Assembly: GCA_041486695.1 (NCBI GenBank)
Contig: JBGPLZ010000003.1
Location: forward strand, 1-60,849
Source: Acidobacteriota bacterium
GTDB lineage: Bacteria; Acidobacteriota; Polarisedimenticolia; Gp22-AA2
Direction: 5' to 3'
DNA: 60,849 nt
Every line of letters begins with the position of its first letter. Positions within the stretch are counted from its first letter, which is position 1. A model generated the notes under the pieces. The model was not told the origin of the DNA, ran no database searches, and worked only from the letters and a program-made list of their open reading frames with translations. The translations under genes and the position numbers were made by a program. Positions 20,323 to 28,848 of this stretch are shown piece after piece.

Positions 20323-21230
20323 TGCAGGAGCGGGCGAAGCCGGACCAGATGCTTGCCGAGCTTGCCGCCATAGTTGCCGGCCGAGATCCGCAGCACCTCC
20401 GGCCCGCAGGCGGCGCGCACACCGACGGCGGTGGCGCGCTCCACGAGGGCGATCGTGAGACCGTCGATGACGATCTCGTAGACCCCGCCGGCCTCTTCCG
20501 GGAGCTCGGTCGCGACCGAGCGGCGCAGGGTGGGGCAGTAGGCGCTGTTGGTCGAGGCGATCATCTTCTTGTACTTCGAGCCGACCTTGCTGCCGCTGCG
20601 GACGATGCCTCCGGGGAAGGGCAGGATCACGCCGGGCACCGCCCGGATCGCCGCCACCGCCCGCTCGGCCGCGGCGAGGGCCGCGGCGGGCGTCGTTCCC
20701 AGGATCAGGAAATTGCCGCCCGCCACTCCCTTGCGAACCCCGACCCGATCCTCGACCAGGAACTCGCCGTCCATGACCGGGATGCGCCAGAAGCGGCGCC
20801 GCGAAGCGGCGCCCAGGTCGGCGAGCGACGGCTCGATCTGCTTGCCGATCTGGAAGCCATCGCCGAAGAAACGCAGCAGCGACCCGACTCGAACGCTCTC
20901 CTCCGAGGGCAGATCGTCGAAGCACGCGGAGGTGGCCGAGGTCATGACGCACTGGCCGACGCGGCGCACCAGCTGATCCTGAAGCGTCTCGGCGTTGCGG
21001 GCGAACAGGAGCACCCGCACTCCCGGACGGCCGTCCGGGGTCGCCTCCGGCACGGGCCCTTCGGCTCCCGCCTCGCAACCGCAGGCGATGACCGAGGTGG
21101 CGAAGCCGGTCATCACCTGGGCCGCGGTGGCGGCCCAGCGGGCGGAGTCGGCTGTGATCACCAGGCGGGACACCCGCAGGGTGAAGGCCTCCGCGAAGGT
21201 GTCCTCGATGAATGTTCCGTCGATCCGCAT
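20319..21230 (-). CDS. fhcD: Formylmethanofuran:H4MPT formyltransferase
   Basis: IEDTFAEAF..RLVITA, WRIPVMDGEFLVE, GGNFLILG and SKVGSKYK are Ftr-like over the full length. Confidence 0.9.
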   Translation of the reverse strand: MRIDGTFIEDTFAEAFTLRVSRLVITADSARWAATAAQVMTGFATSVIACGCEAGAEGPVPEATPDGRPGVRVLLFARNAETLQDQLVRRVGQCVMTSATSACFDDLPSEESVRVGSLLRFFGDGFQIGKQIEPSLADLGAASRRRFWRIPVMDGEFLVEDRVGVRKGVAGGNFLILGTTPAAALAAAERAVAAIRAVPGVILPFPGGIVRSGSKVGSKYKKMIASTNSAYCPTLRRSVATELPEEAGGVYEIVIDGLTIALVERATAVGVRAACGPEVLRISAGNYGGKLGKHLVRLRPLLQ

Positions 21231-21239
21231 GATCGTCTC

Positions 21240-22823
21240 TCAGCTCGAGCGTGGCCGGGCGACGACCGGCTCGGGGTGGCGCAGCGCCTCCGCTTCGATC
21301 GCATAGTCGTCGAAGGGGACCGTATAGTACCGCTCGAAGTCGTCGCGCAGAGAGTTCTCGAACCTGGTTCTGGCCTGTCCCTCGAGCCGCGGGGGGACGA
21401 CGTGCAGCGTCCGGCCCTCGGGCTCTTCCACGATCGCCCCCTCGCGGGCGACGATGACACCCTGCTTGAGGACGACGACGGGCCGGGCGAACATCGCCTC
21501 GAGATCGCTGCACCGCTCATAGAGCACGATGTCGGCGTCGGCTCCAGGACCCAGGTGACCCTTGTGGTCGAGACCGAGCGCCCGGGCCGGCCCGGCCCGC
21601 GTGAGGATGGCGATCTCATCGAGGCTGTACTCCCGCTGGAGCGCCGCAATCTCGGTGCGCTCTTTCAGCTTCGGGTGGGCGCGGTCGATCGCCTCCCGGC
21701 GGGCCTTCTTGTCCATGAGGAGCCGCAGCAGGCCCGGATAGGCGGTGAAGGCGCCGCCGTTCGGGTGATCGGTGGTCAGGAAGACGCGCCAGGGGTCTTC
21801 GACGCGCAACATGATTTCGAGGCCGATCGCCCACTGCACCGCGCTCAGCAGATCGTCCTCCCGGTAGCGGTGCGGGACGATGCCGCAGCCGGTCTCGACC
21901 TCCACGTCGAGGTTGAGCCATTTCCGGCCGGTGGCGCGGTGCAGGCGATGCTGGGCGGGAGCGTCGGCGCTGAGCGTGATGGCGTCACCGAAGACGACCT
22001 GGCCGACGTCCACGGTGGCGCGCGGGTGGGCGTTGACCCAGGCGGCCAGCTCCCCGGCCCGGCTACGGAGGCCCTGGGCGGTCCGTCCGCCGTAGGCGTG
22101 GAACTGCAGATGCGTGAAGTGCGCCGGCGTGTCGCGCAGCAGGTCCATGGTCCGGAGCGCGATGCTCGCGCTGCCGGGCTGACCCAGCCCGTTCATGTGG
22201 AGATGGATCGGATGGGGAAGGCCGAGATCGACCGCCGCGCGGGCGAGCGCCATGACGATGGCTCGCTCCTCGTCCTCGCGCGGAGCGGCCCCCTGCTTCC
22301 AGGTTTCGACGCCCCCCGGGTTGGCGACCTTCACCGCGTAGGCGCGCGTCGCCTGGAGAATCCAGGCGACGAAGTCGCGCAGGCCGCCGGGTTCGCCGTC
22401 GCGCAGGAACCGCAAGGCGATCTCGTTGTTGCCGAGCAGGACGTAGATCCCTTTGTCGACGATCGGGATCTGCTCCAGGTCCTCGTGCGCGGCGCGGGCC
22501 GCGATCGGAGCCACCGCCGCCTCCATCAGCGTGGTGTACCCCATGGCGGCGTACCGGCGGCCGGTGTCGCGCAGGGTCGGCAGCAGGTGGCCGCCGTCCT
22601 CCGGACAGAGGAGCCGGGCCGCTCCGACCGACGATCCCGCGACGTGGGTGTGAAGATCGATCCCCCCCGGCATGACGATCAGGTTGGTCGCGTCGATCTC
22701 CGGAGCGCCGGCCGGCAGGGTAAGGACGATCCGCCCGTCGCGCACGCAGACGTCGCCGGCTTCACCGCGCCGCGCGTGCCGCGGGTCGAACACCCGCCCC
22801 CCCCGGATGCGCAGCATCGTCAC
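21240..22823 (-). CDS. fhcA: Formyltransferase/hydrolase complex subunit A (amidohydrolase; formylmethanofuran dehydrogenase subunit A-like)
   Basis: MPGGIDLHTHVAGS, HLHMNGLG, FTHLQFHAYGG, VFLTTDHPNGG. Confidence 0.9.
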   Translation of the reverse strand: MTMLRIRGGRVFDPRHARRGEAGDVCVRDGRIVLTLPAGAPEIDATNLIVMPGGIDLHTHVAGSSVGAARLLCPEDGGHLLPTLRDTGRRYAAMGYTTLMEAAVAPIAARAAHEDLEQIPIVDKGIYVLLGNNEIALRFLRDGEPGGLRDFVAWILQATRAYAVKVANPGGVETWKQGAAPREDEERAIVMALARAAVDLGLPHPIHLHMNGLGQPGSASIALRTMDLLRDTPAHFTHLQFHAYGGRTAQGLRSRAGELAAWVNAHPRATVDVGQVVFGDAITLSADAPAQHRLHRATGRKWLNLDVEVETGCGIVPHRYREDDLLSAVQWAIGLEIMLRVEDPWRVFLTTDHPNGGAFTAYPGLLRLLMDKKARREAIDRAHPKLKERTEIAALQREYSLDEIAILTRAGPARALGLDHKGHLGPGADADIVLYERCSDLEAMFARPVVVLKQGVIVAREGAIVEEPEGRTLHVVPPRLEGQARTRFENSLRDDFERYYTVPFDDYAIEAEALRHPEPVVARPRSS

Positions 22824-24091
22824 GGCGCCGTCCCCGGGCCGAGGCCGGCGCGCAGGATCTCAAGAACTTTTTCTTCGCTCGGCCGCGTCGAGCGCAGCGG
22901 CGCGCCCAGGACCACCGGCAGCCCGTCGGCGCGCCGGCCCGCGCCCGGCGCCGAAAGGCCGGGAAGAGCCGTCGGGATCAGCACGTCCGCCTCGTCCAGC
23001 CCCTCGGGGAGTCGGGGCCCGACGACGATCGTCTTCGGCCGTCGTCCTCGTTGCCGGGCCGAGGGCGACGCCGCCGGCACGGTGCGGGCGCCGATCAGGA
23101 GGCAGACGTCGGCATGTCCGTCGCCGATGAGCCGTGAGGCGCCGAACTCGGCCGGTCCGAAGCGCGCCGACCCCTCGGGAAGAAAACCGAGAGCGCGCGG
23201 CGCGCCCGCCGCGCCGGCCAGCGCCGCCATCGCCCCGGCCAGGTTTCCCCCGAGGAGTGGTCGGGCGACCCCGCGTCCGGTCAGGTTCAGGTCGCGCGCC
23301 AGGAGCGTCAGTGCCGCTGCGACGGCGAGCCCGAGCGGCCCGGTGGTCGCCGCGCCGTCCCAGAGGATGGCGGCGTAGCGGGCCCGGCGCAGCCGCTCCA
23401 CCACCGCCGCGAGCGCCGCGCGGGTCACGCCGCCGATGACCTCCCCCGCCGGGGCGCGCCCGCCCAGGAGCGCGCGCAGCGCCAGCAGGGCCGCGAGATC
23501 CCCGCCCGGTGCCACAGGGAAGATGAGGTCGGAGGCGGTCGCCGGCGGGCCCGCCGCAGCGGGGACGAGAATCGCGCCCCGTTCGCCGCCCTCGTCGAGA
23601 GGCGTGCCGCCCCGCCGCGCGAACAGGTGAGGGTGGGTCGGCCGCGGATCGCAACGCCAGAGGAGGAGCAGGTCGGCCCGGTTGCGGATCTCTCCGAATG
23701 TCGCCGACGGCAGACCGAACATCTGCAGCGCGGTCAGGTTGGCCTGCAGGGTGTCGCCGCCTTCCAGATCGAGCCCCGCGCCCAGGGTCGCGGCGATCCG
23801 GGCGGCGAGTCGCGCCGTACCGTTCGTGCTCCGCGCGAGGCCATAGAGAAAGGGGGCGCGCGCTTCGCGCAACAATCGGCTCGCGGCGCTGGTCGCCTCG
23901 TCGAAGGTCGTCTCCCGTCCGCCCTGGCGCGGAGCGCCCGCCGCGCGGCTCGCGGCCACGACCTCGTCGCGGCAGACCGGGCAGCCCCCCTCCGCCCGCA
24001 CCACCGCGCCTGCATCGATAGCGAGCGTCAGGGGCGCGCACGGCAGGCCGCAGAAGAAACCACGCAGACGCACCACATCCGTCATATCCAT
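22820..24091 (-). CDS. fhcB: Formyltransferase/hydrolase complex subunit B (formylmethanofuran dehydrogenase subunit B-like)
   Basis: Likely start MDMTDVV at 24091; the ORF-track extension to 24520 crosses the palindromic element. Cys-rich N-terminus FFCGLPCAP..GGCPVCRD. 4-nt overlap with the fhcA start. Confidence 0.8.
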   Translation of the reverse strand: MDMTDVVRLRGFFCGLPCAPLTLAIDAGAVVRAEGGCPVCRDEVVAASRAAGAPRQGGRETTFDEATSAASRLLREARAPFLYGLARSTNGTARLAARIAATLGAGLDLEGGDTLQANLTALQMFGLPSATFGEIRNRADLLLLWRCDPRPTHPHLFARRGGTPLDEGGERGAILVPAAAGPPATASDLIFPVAPGGDLAALLALRALLGGRAPAGEVIGGVTRAALAAVVERLRRARYAAILWDGAATTGPLGLAVAAALTLLARDLNLTGRGVARPLLGGNLAGAMAALAGAAGAPRALGFLPEGSARFGPAEFGASRLIGDGHADVCLLIGARTVPAASPSARQRGRRPKTIVVGPRLPEGLDEADVLIPTALPGLSAPGAGRRADGLPVVLGAPLRSTRPSEEKVLEILRAGLGPGTAP

Positions 24092-24326
24092 CGCTTGTAT
24101 CAGACGGGCCAGCGGGAGGTCAATGCGCTGCCGTGCGGAGGCTCCCCGGCGTGAGGCGCCGCGGCGACCGCGCCCGGCGCGGATGGGGACCGGGCGGCGT
24201 CCGGGAGACCGCCTGGTCCGCGCTGCACGGGTGGTGGGGTTGGCCGCGCCCTCGACACAGGCTTGCAGACTCTGGCCAAGCGCTGGCGCCGCGGTGTCGT
24301 TCGCAGCCTGGTTGGGCTGCCATGGG

Positions 24327-24487
24327 GTGAGGCGCAGAGCCCTGCCTTCGGCGGACCGTGCGAGACCGAGCGACCAGGGCCCCACCGCGCGCTTCACAGC
24401 GCGGTGGGTGGGAGCGAGGCGAGCCGAGGGGAGGCTCGCGCAGCGAGCCGGACCCGTGTCCGCCGAAGGCAGGGCTCTGCGCCTCAC
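24327..24487. repeat. 161-bp palindromic element E1: perfect 30-bp terminal inverted repeats around a 101-nt GC-rich core containing two internal hairpins
   Basis: Arm 24327-24356 GTGAGGCGCAGAGCCCTGCCTTCGGCGGAC is the exact reverse complement of 24458-24487. Inner hairpins: CCCACCGCGC/GCGCGGTGGG (24381-24408) and GCGAGCC/GGCTCGC (24419-24439). Lies between the divergent fhcB and MCP genes. Confidence 0.9.
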
Positions 24488-24607
24488 GCTGGGGAGGTCT
24501 CCGCAGCCCGCGGGCGGCATGGCGGTGGCGGAAAAGGGGACATATATTCAGATTTCGTCGGAGTCTGTCCGGTGTCCGGGGTCCCGGCGCCGGGGGGAGC
24601 GGGGACG

Positions 24608-26695
24608 ATGACGATCGACAGCAGCGCTCGCCGGGTCGGATCGGGTGGCGCCGCACCGTCCAACGGGCAATGGCAGACGCTCGGTGTGGGCGCCGTGCTC
24701 ACCGTTGTCGCGGCGCTCCTGATCTGGTTCTACACGATGGCGGTCTCCGAACGCTCGTTCGAGGCGCTGCGTCAGCGGGGGATCTCCCTGGCGCGGCTCA
24801 TGGCGCAGGTGAGCGAGGGGCCCCTGGCGGCGGCCGGCCGCAGCGATCCGCAGACGACTCTCGATCGCCTCTCCGGACAGGAGGATCTCGTCTACGCGGC
24901 GGTGGTTGACGGGGCCGGCACGGTCATCGGGGAGAGCGGACCCGGAGCCCGCGCCGCCGGAGCGCTCTTGATCGGGAGACCTCAGGGCGCCGCCCGGCTG
25001 CCCGCGACCCGATCGGATTGCCTCGTCGATCCGTACGGCGAGCGGCTCTATGTCTTCAGCGTTCCGGTCACCCGCCGCGGCGACGGCCGGGCCCCGTCGG
25101 TCGAGGAGCCCCCGATCGCCGACGGGGGACTCGGCCCGCGATCGGCCTCGGCGGCCCCCCGCATCCGTCCGTCGGCCGGGCCGCTGCTCGGTGAGGTGCG
25201 CGTCGTCCTCAGCGCGACGCGGATGGACCAGGCGGACGGGGCGCTTTTACTCCGGGGTCTCGGTTTCGGGGCGCTCCTGGTCCTCGGCGGGGTCCTGGCG
25301 AGCGGGACCATCTCCCGGCGGCTGCTGGCGCGTCCCGCGGCCGGCCTGCTCGAAGTGACGGGGCAGCTCGACGAAGCTGTCGAGGAGATCCGGGAGACCG
25401 CCGACCTTTTGGTCGAAGGGACGCTGCGACAACAGGAGTCGCTCCAGAAGATCGCCGCGTCGGCGGAGGCGGTCAGCCGGAGCCTGCGCGAGGTGGCGTC
25501 GGGGGCGGGAGGCCTCTCGACCTCCTCCGAGGAAACCTCGTCCTCGATCCTGTCGATGGTCGCGTCGATCGAGGAGGTCGCGGGACATGCCGACGGCCTG
25601 ACGATGTCGGTCAACGACACGTCGCAGACCATCGAAGAGATGGTCGCCTCGATCAAGGAGATCGACCGCAACGTCGAGCTTCTGAACCGCTTCGTGGCCG
25701 AGACGTCCGGGGCGATGGCCGACATGGGGCGCGCGCTGCAGCATGTTGAACGCAACGCCGCCGAGAGCAAGGAGATCTCCGAGCTCGTGGCCCAGAACGC
25801 CGACAAGGGGATGCGCGCCGTCGAGCTGACCATCGAGGGGATGGAAGCGATTCGCGGCAGCGTGGCCGATTCCGGCCAGGCGATCGCCTCGGTCGGTCGG
25901 AGGGGGCAGGAGATCGGGCTGATCCTCAGCGTCATCCAGGAGGTCACCGAGCAGACCAACCTCCTGGCGCTCAACGCCGCGATCATCGCCGCCCAGGCGG
26001 GCGAGCATGGCAGGGGATTCGCGGTGGTGGCCGACGAGATCCGCCAGCTCGCCGAACGCACCGCCACCAGCGCCAAGGAGATCGGCGCGCTGATCGCCTC
26101 GTTCCAGGCCGATACGACTCGCGCGGTGGCGTTGATGCAGGAGGGGTCGCGGCGCGTCGAAGCGGGCCGCGATCGATCGCAGGAGGCGGGCCGGGCGCTT
26201 AAAGAGATCCTGGAGTCGGCGCGCCGCTCCTCGGCGCAGGTCGGGGAGATCGCCTCGGCGACACGGGAGCAGGCGCACGGCCGGCGGGTCATCTCGGCCT
26301 CGGTCGAGAAGGTGTCGGAGATGGTCGGACACATCAAGCAGGCGACCGCCGAGCAGAGCCTCGGCTCCGAGCAGATCAACTCGGCGGTCGAGAACATGCG
26401 CGAGATGGCGGGACACGTGAAGCGGGCGACCGTCGAACAGGCGAAGGGCTCCCGAACCATCACGGAGGCGATCGAGAACGTCGCGGACCGGGTCGGCGCC
26501 ATCCACAAGTCGGCGACGGAGCAATCCGCGACCGCCGACCACATCATCAAGACGTTGTCCGCCTTCGCCTCTGTCACCTCCGCCAACCTGGTCGCCGCCA
26601 CCCGCATGCAGCAGGCGAACGAGGCGCTCCGCAGCCGCGCCCGATCGCTGCGCGGGGCGGTGGCCCGTCTCGGGGGCGCCGGCTTCGGGCACTGA
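24608..26695 (+). CDS. Methyl-accepting chemotaxis protein (two TM segments, extracytoplasmic sensor domain, long MA signalling domain)
   Basis: Likely start MTIDSS at 24608. TM1 [23 protein letters not shown]2 [19 protein letters not shown]. Signalling hairpin [35 protein letters not shown], then repeated EQ..GS..I..A.E heptad segments. Confidence 0.9.
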   Translation: MTIDSSARRVGSGGAAPSNGQWQTLGVGAVLTVVAALLIWFYTMAVSERSFEALRQRGISLARLMAQVSEGPLAAAGRSDPQTTLDRLSGQEDLVYAAVVDGAGTVIGESGPGARAAGALLIGRPQGAARLPATRSDCLVDPYGERLYVFSVPVTRRGDGRAPSVEEPPIADGGLGPRSASAAPRIRPSAGPLLGEVRVVLSATRMDQADGALLLRGLGFGALLVLGGVLASGTISRRLLARPAAGLLEVTGQLDEAVEEIRETADLLVEGTLRQQESLQKIAASAEAVSRSLREVASGAGGLSTSSEETSSSILSMVASIEEVAGHADGLTMSVNDTSQTIEEMVASIKEIDRNVELLNRFVAETSGAMADMGRALQHVERNAAESKEISELVAQNADKGMRAVELTIEGMEAIRGSVADSGQAIASVGRRGQEIGLILSVIQEVTEQTNLLALNAAIIAAQAGEHGRGFAVVADEIRQLAERTATSAKEIGALIASFQADTTRAVALMQEGSRRVEAGRDRSQEAGRALKEILESARRSSAQVGEIASATREQAHGRRVISASVEKVSEMVGHIKQATAEQSLGSEQINSAVENMREMAGHVKRATVEQAKGSRTITEAIENVADRVGAIHKSATEQSATADHIIKTLSAFASVTSANLVAATRMQQANEALRSRARSLRGAVARLGGAGFGH

Positions 26696-26769
26696 GGCTT
26701 TCCCGCCGGGCAGCTCGCAGCGCCGCTGGATCTGGACAGCCCCCGGAGCTTTCGGATAGAGTCCCGTCG

Positions 26770-27825
26770 GTGAAGCCGGTCCTGCGCATCGTCCTCAGTC
26801 TCGTCCTCACGGGCCTCTTCCTCGTCCTCTTCTTCAAGGGCTTCGACCTCGCCGCCGCCTGGAGGAGTGCGTCGGCGGCCGACCCCGGGCTCCTGGCCCT
26901 GGGCGTGCTCGTCAATCTCGGGGCCTACGTCGTGCGGGCCTGGCGCTGGCGGTATCTCCTATCGCCGATCAAGGAGGGAGTGGGGTTGTACAACCTGACC
27001 TCCACGACGTTGATCGGTTTCATGATCTCGTTCCTGGTGCCGTTCCGCATCGGGGAGGTGGTGCGCCCGGTGTTGCTGGCGCGCCGTGAGGGCCTGCACG
27101 CCGGCGCGGCCTGCGCCACGATCGCGCTCGAGCGTCTGCTCGACACTCTGATCGTGATGACTCTATTCCTGGCCTTCGCCCTGTCGCCGCGCGGCGCCGC
27201 GACCCTCTCCGCCGGCGGCGGCGCGAACGTCGCCGCCCTCTTTCTGAGGCGCGGGGCCTTGGCGGCCGCGGCATTCGTCCTGATCGGCCTGGCGCTGGTG
27301 ACGCTCCTGGTGGCCTTCCCCAATCGGATCGTCGCCCTGCTGCACCGTCTCAATCCGGGCGCCTCGACGGGGGCGATCGGACGGGCGATCACGGCGCTGG
27401 AGAGCGTCGTGAAGGGGTTCAGCGCGGTGCGCCGTCTGCGGGATCTCGTCCCCGCCCTGCTGCTCTCCTTCGTCCTGTGGCTCCTGATCGACCTGTCGGT
27501 GCTTCTCGGCGTGCGTGCCTTCGGCCTGCCGCTGCAGTTCGCGGACATCTTCCTGCTCATCGTCCCGCTCGGGGTCGGGATCGCGGTTCCGACCCCGGGG
27601 GGCGTGGGCCCGTACGAGTATCTCGGTCAGATCTCCCTGGTCGGTTTCTGGGGCGTGGGGGCCGATCGCGCCGCCGCCGCAGCCGTCACGCTGCACGCCA
27701 GCACCCTGGTGCCGACGATCGTGGCGGGGCTTTTCTTCATGTGGCGGGATGGATTGCGGCCCTCCGATGTTCGGAAGATGGCCGCGATGTCGACGGCCGG
27801 CTCCGGCCGGGAGGTGGCGTCATGA
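26770..27825 (+). CDS. Lysylphosphatidylglycerol-synthase-TM-region / UPF0104 family integral membrane protein
   Basis: GTG start. Multiple TM helices, and [15 protein letters not shown] is typical of the family. Confidence 0.75.
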   Translation: MKPVLRIVLSLVLTGLFLVLFFKGFDLAAAWRSASAADPGLLALGVLVNLGAYVVRAWRWRYLLSPIKEGVGLYNLTSTTLIGFMISFLVPFRIGEVVRPVLLARREGLHAGAACATIALERLLDTLIVMTLFLAFALSPRGAATLSAGGGANVAALFLRRGALAAAAFVLIGLALVTLLVAFPNRIVALLHRLNPGASTGAIGRAITALESVVKGFSAVRRLRDLVPALLLSFVLWLLIDLSVLLGVRAFGLPLQFADIFLLIVPLGVGIAVPTPGGVGPYEYLGQISLVGFWGVGADRAAAAAVTLHASTLVPTIVAGLFFMWRDGLRPSDVRKMAAMSTAGSGREVAS

Positions 27826-28280
27826 AGTGCCCCTTCTGCGCCCACCTCGAGGACAAGGTGGTCGATTCCCGCGAAGGCAAGGATGGCCTGGTGATCCGCC
27901 GCCGTCGTGAGTGCCTGAAATGCGGCCGGCGATTCACCTCGTACGAGCGCATCGATGAGATCCCGTTCATGGTGGTGAAAAAGGACGGCCGGCGACTGCC
28001 GTTCGACCGTAACAAGGTCCTGGCGGGGCTGCGCAAGGCGTGCGAGAAACGCCCGGTCTCGCCCGCGGCGCTCGAGGCGATCGCCGACGAGGTCGAGCAG
28101 ATGCTGCAGGAGTCGCCCGAGCGCGAGATCCCGGCGCAGGTGGTCGGTCAAAAAGTCATCGAGCGGCTCAAGGAGCTCGACAAGGTGGCCTATGTCCGTT
28201 TCGCGAGCGTCTACCGGCAGTTCGAGGACGTCGACCAGTTCATGAAGGAGCTGAAGGACCTGCTGGAGCAGCGCAAGTAG
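27822..28280 (+). CDS. nrdR: Transcriptional repressor NrdR (zinc ribbon + ATP-cone)
   Basis: [29 protein letters not shown], then [17 protein letters not shown] overlap with the upstream membrane-protein gene. Confidence 0.95.
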   Translation: MKCPFCAHLEDKVVDSREGKDGLVIRRRRECLKCGRRFTSYERIDEIPFMVVKKDGRRLPFDRNKVLAGLRKACEKRPVSPAALEAIADEVEQMLQESPEREIPAQVVGQKVIERLKELDKVAYVRFASVYRQFEDVDQFMKELKDLLEQRK

Positions 28281-28345
28281 TCCCCCGGACAGGCTCCTGG
28301 CGCCGCTGCGCCCGGTCCCTTCAGGGGCGGTCGGGGCCGGCTGCC

Positions 28346-28374
28346 TTGCAGGACTCCGACTCGCTCATTATATT
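28346..28374 (+). promoter_or_regulatory. Candidate sigma70-type promoter of hsp20-lon (TTGCAG-17 nt-TATATT)
   Basis: TTGCAG at 28346-28351, 17-nt spacer, TATATT at 28369-28374, in an AT-richer patch. AGGAG lies 9 nt upstream of the ATG at 28402. Confidence 0.45.
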
Positions 28375-28401
28375 AAGCCGCGCATTCAGGAGATTTTGCA
28401 C

Positions 28402-28848
28402 ATGCCCAGTCTCGGTCCCTTCGTAGAGATCAGCCGGATCCAGAACGAAATCAACCGCCTGTTCGACAACCTCCTCGAGCTGCGCGGCTCGGGCGGCGAG
28501 CCGGGAGGCGAATGGCTGCCGAACGCCGACGTCTACGAGACACCCGCGGAGCTCGTCGTGAAGTTCGAGGTCCCCGGGGTCACGCTCAAGGACGTCAGCC
28601 TGGCGATCAACGGCAACAACCTGATCCTGCGCGGCGAGAAGCGGCGCAGCGAGTCCTCCAAGGGGGCCAAGTACCACTGCATGGAGCGCGGCTTCGGCAA
28701 GTTCAAGCGCGTGGTCCACATCGCGTCCCCCGTGAATACCCACAAGGCGATGACCACGCTGTCGGAGGGGGTGCTGAAAGTGACCTTCCCGAGGGTCCCG
28801 AACCGCCGTGGCGAGGAGGTCCCCATCAAGATCGCGGAGTCGTCATGA
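28402..28848 (+). CDS. Hsp20/alpha-crystallin small heat-shock protein
   Basis: PNADVYETPAELVVKFEVPGV, ERGFGKFKR, EGVLKVTFPR. ATG at 28402 is preferred over the TTG at 28396. Confidence 0.9.
   Translation: MPSLGPFVEISRIQNEINRLFDNLLELRGSGGEPGGEWLPNADVYETPAELVVKFEVPGVTLKDVSLAINGNNLILRGEKRRSESSKGAKYHCMERGFGKFKRVVHIASPVNTHKAMTTLSEGVLKVTFPRVPNRRGEEVPIKIAESS

Noticed and set aside
19498-21513. 671-aa minus-strand ORF spanning the fhcC and fhcD regions
   Set aside because: Only the last 274 codons (from MTSALRLKL at 20322) look like FhcC. The upstream part is low-complexity and overlaps the well-supported fhcD frame.
22820-24520. N-terminal extensions of real genes suggested by the ORF track: fhcB to 24520, MCP from 24263, lon from 28512, orf19-like from 6757, hom from 48311, asd from 49444, purB from 58453
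   Set aside because: The extensions are Arg/Pro-rich, overlap upstream genes or the palindromic element, and internal starts with SD-like sequences or ATGA/GTGA coupling give canonical N-termini.
28340-28401. CIRCE/HAIR/ROSE heat-shock operators upstream of hsp20
   Set aside because: No inverted repeat resembling TTAGCACTC-N9-GAGTGCTAA or CTTGAGT-N7-ACTCAAG is present, and the UTR is too short for a ROSE thermometer.
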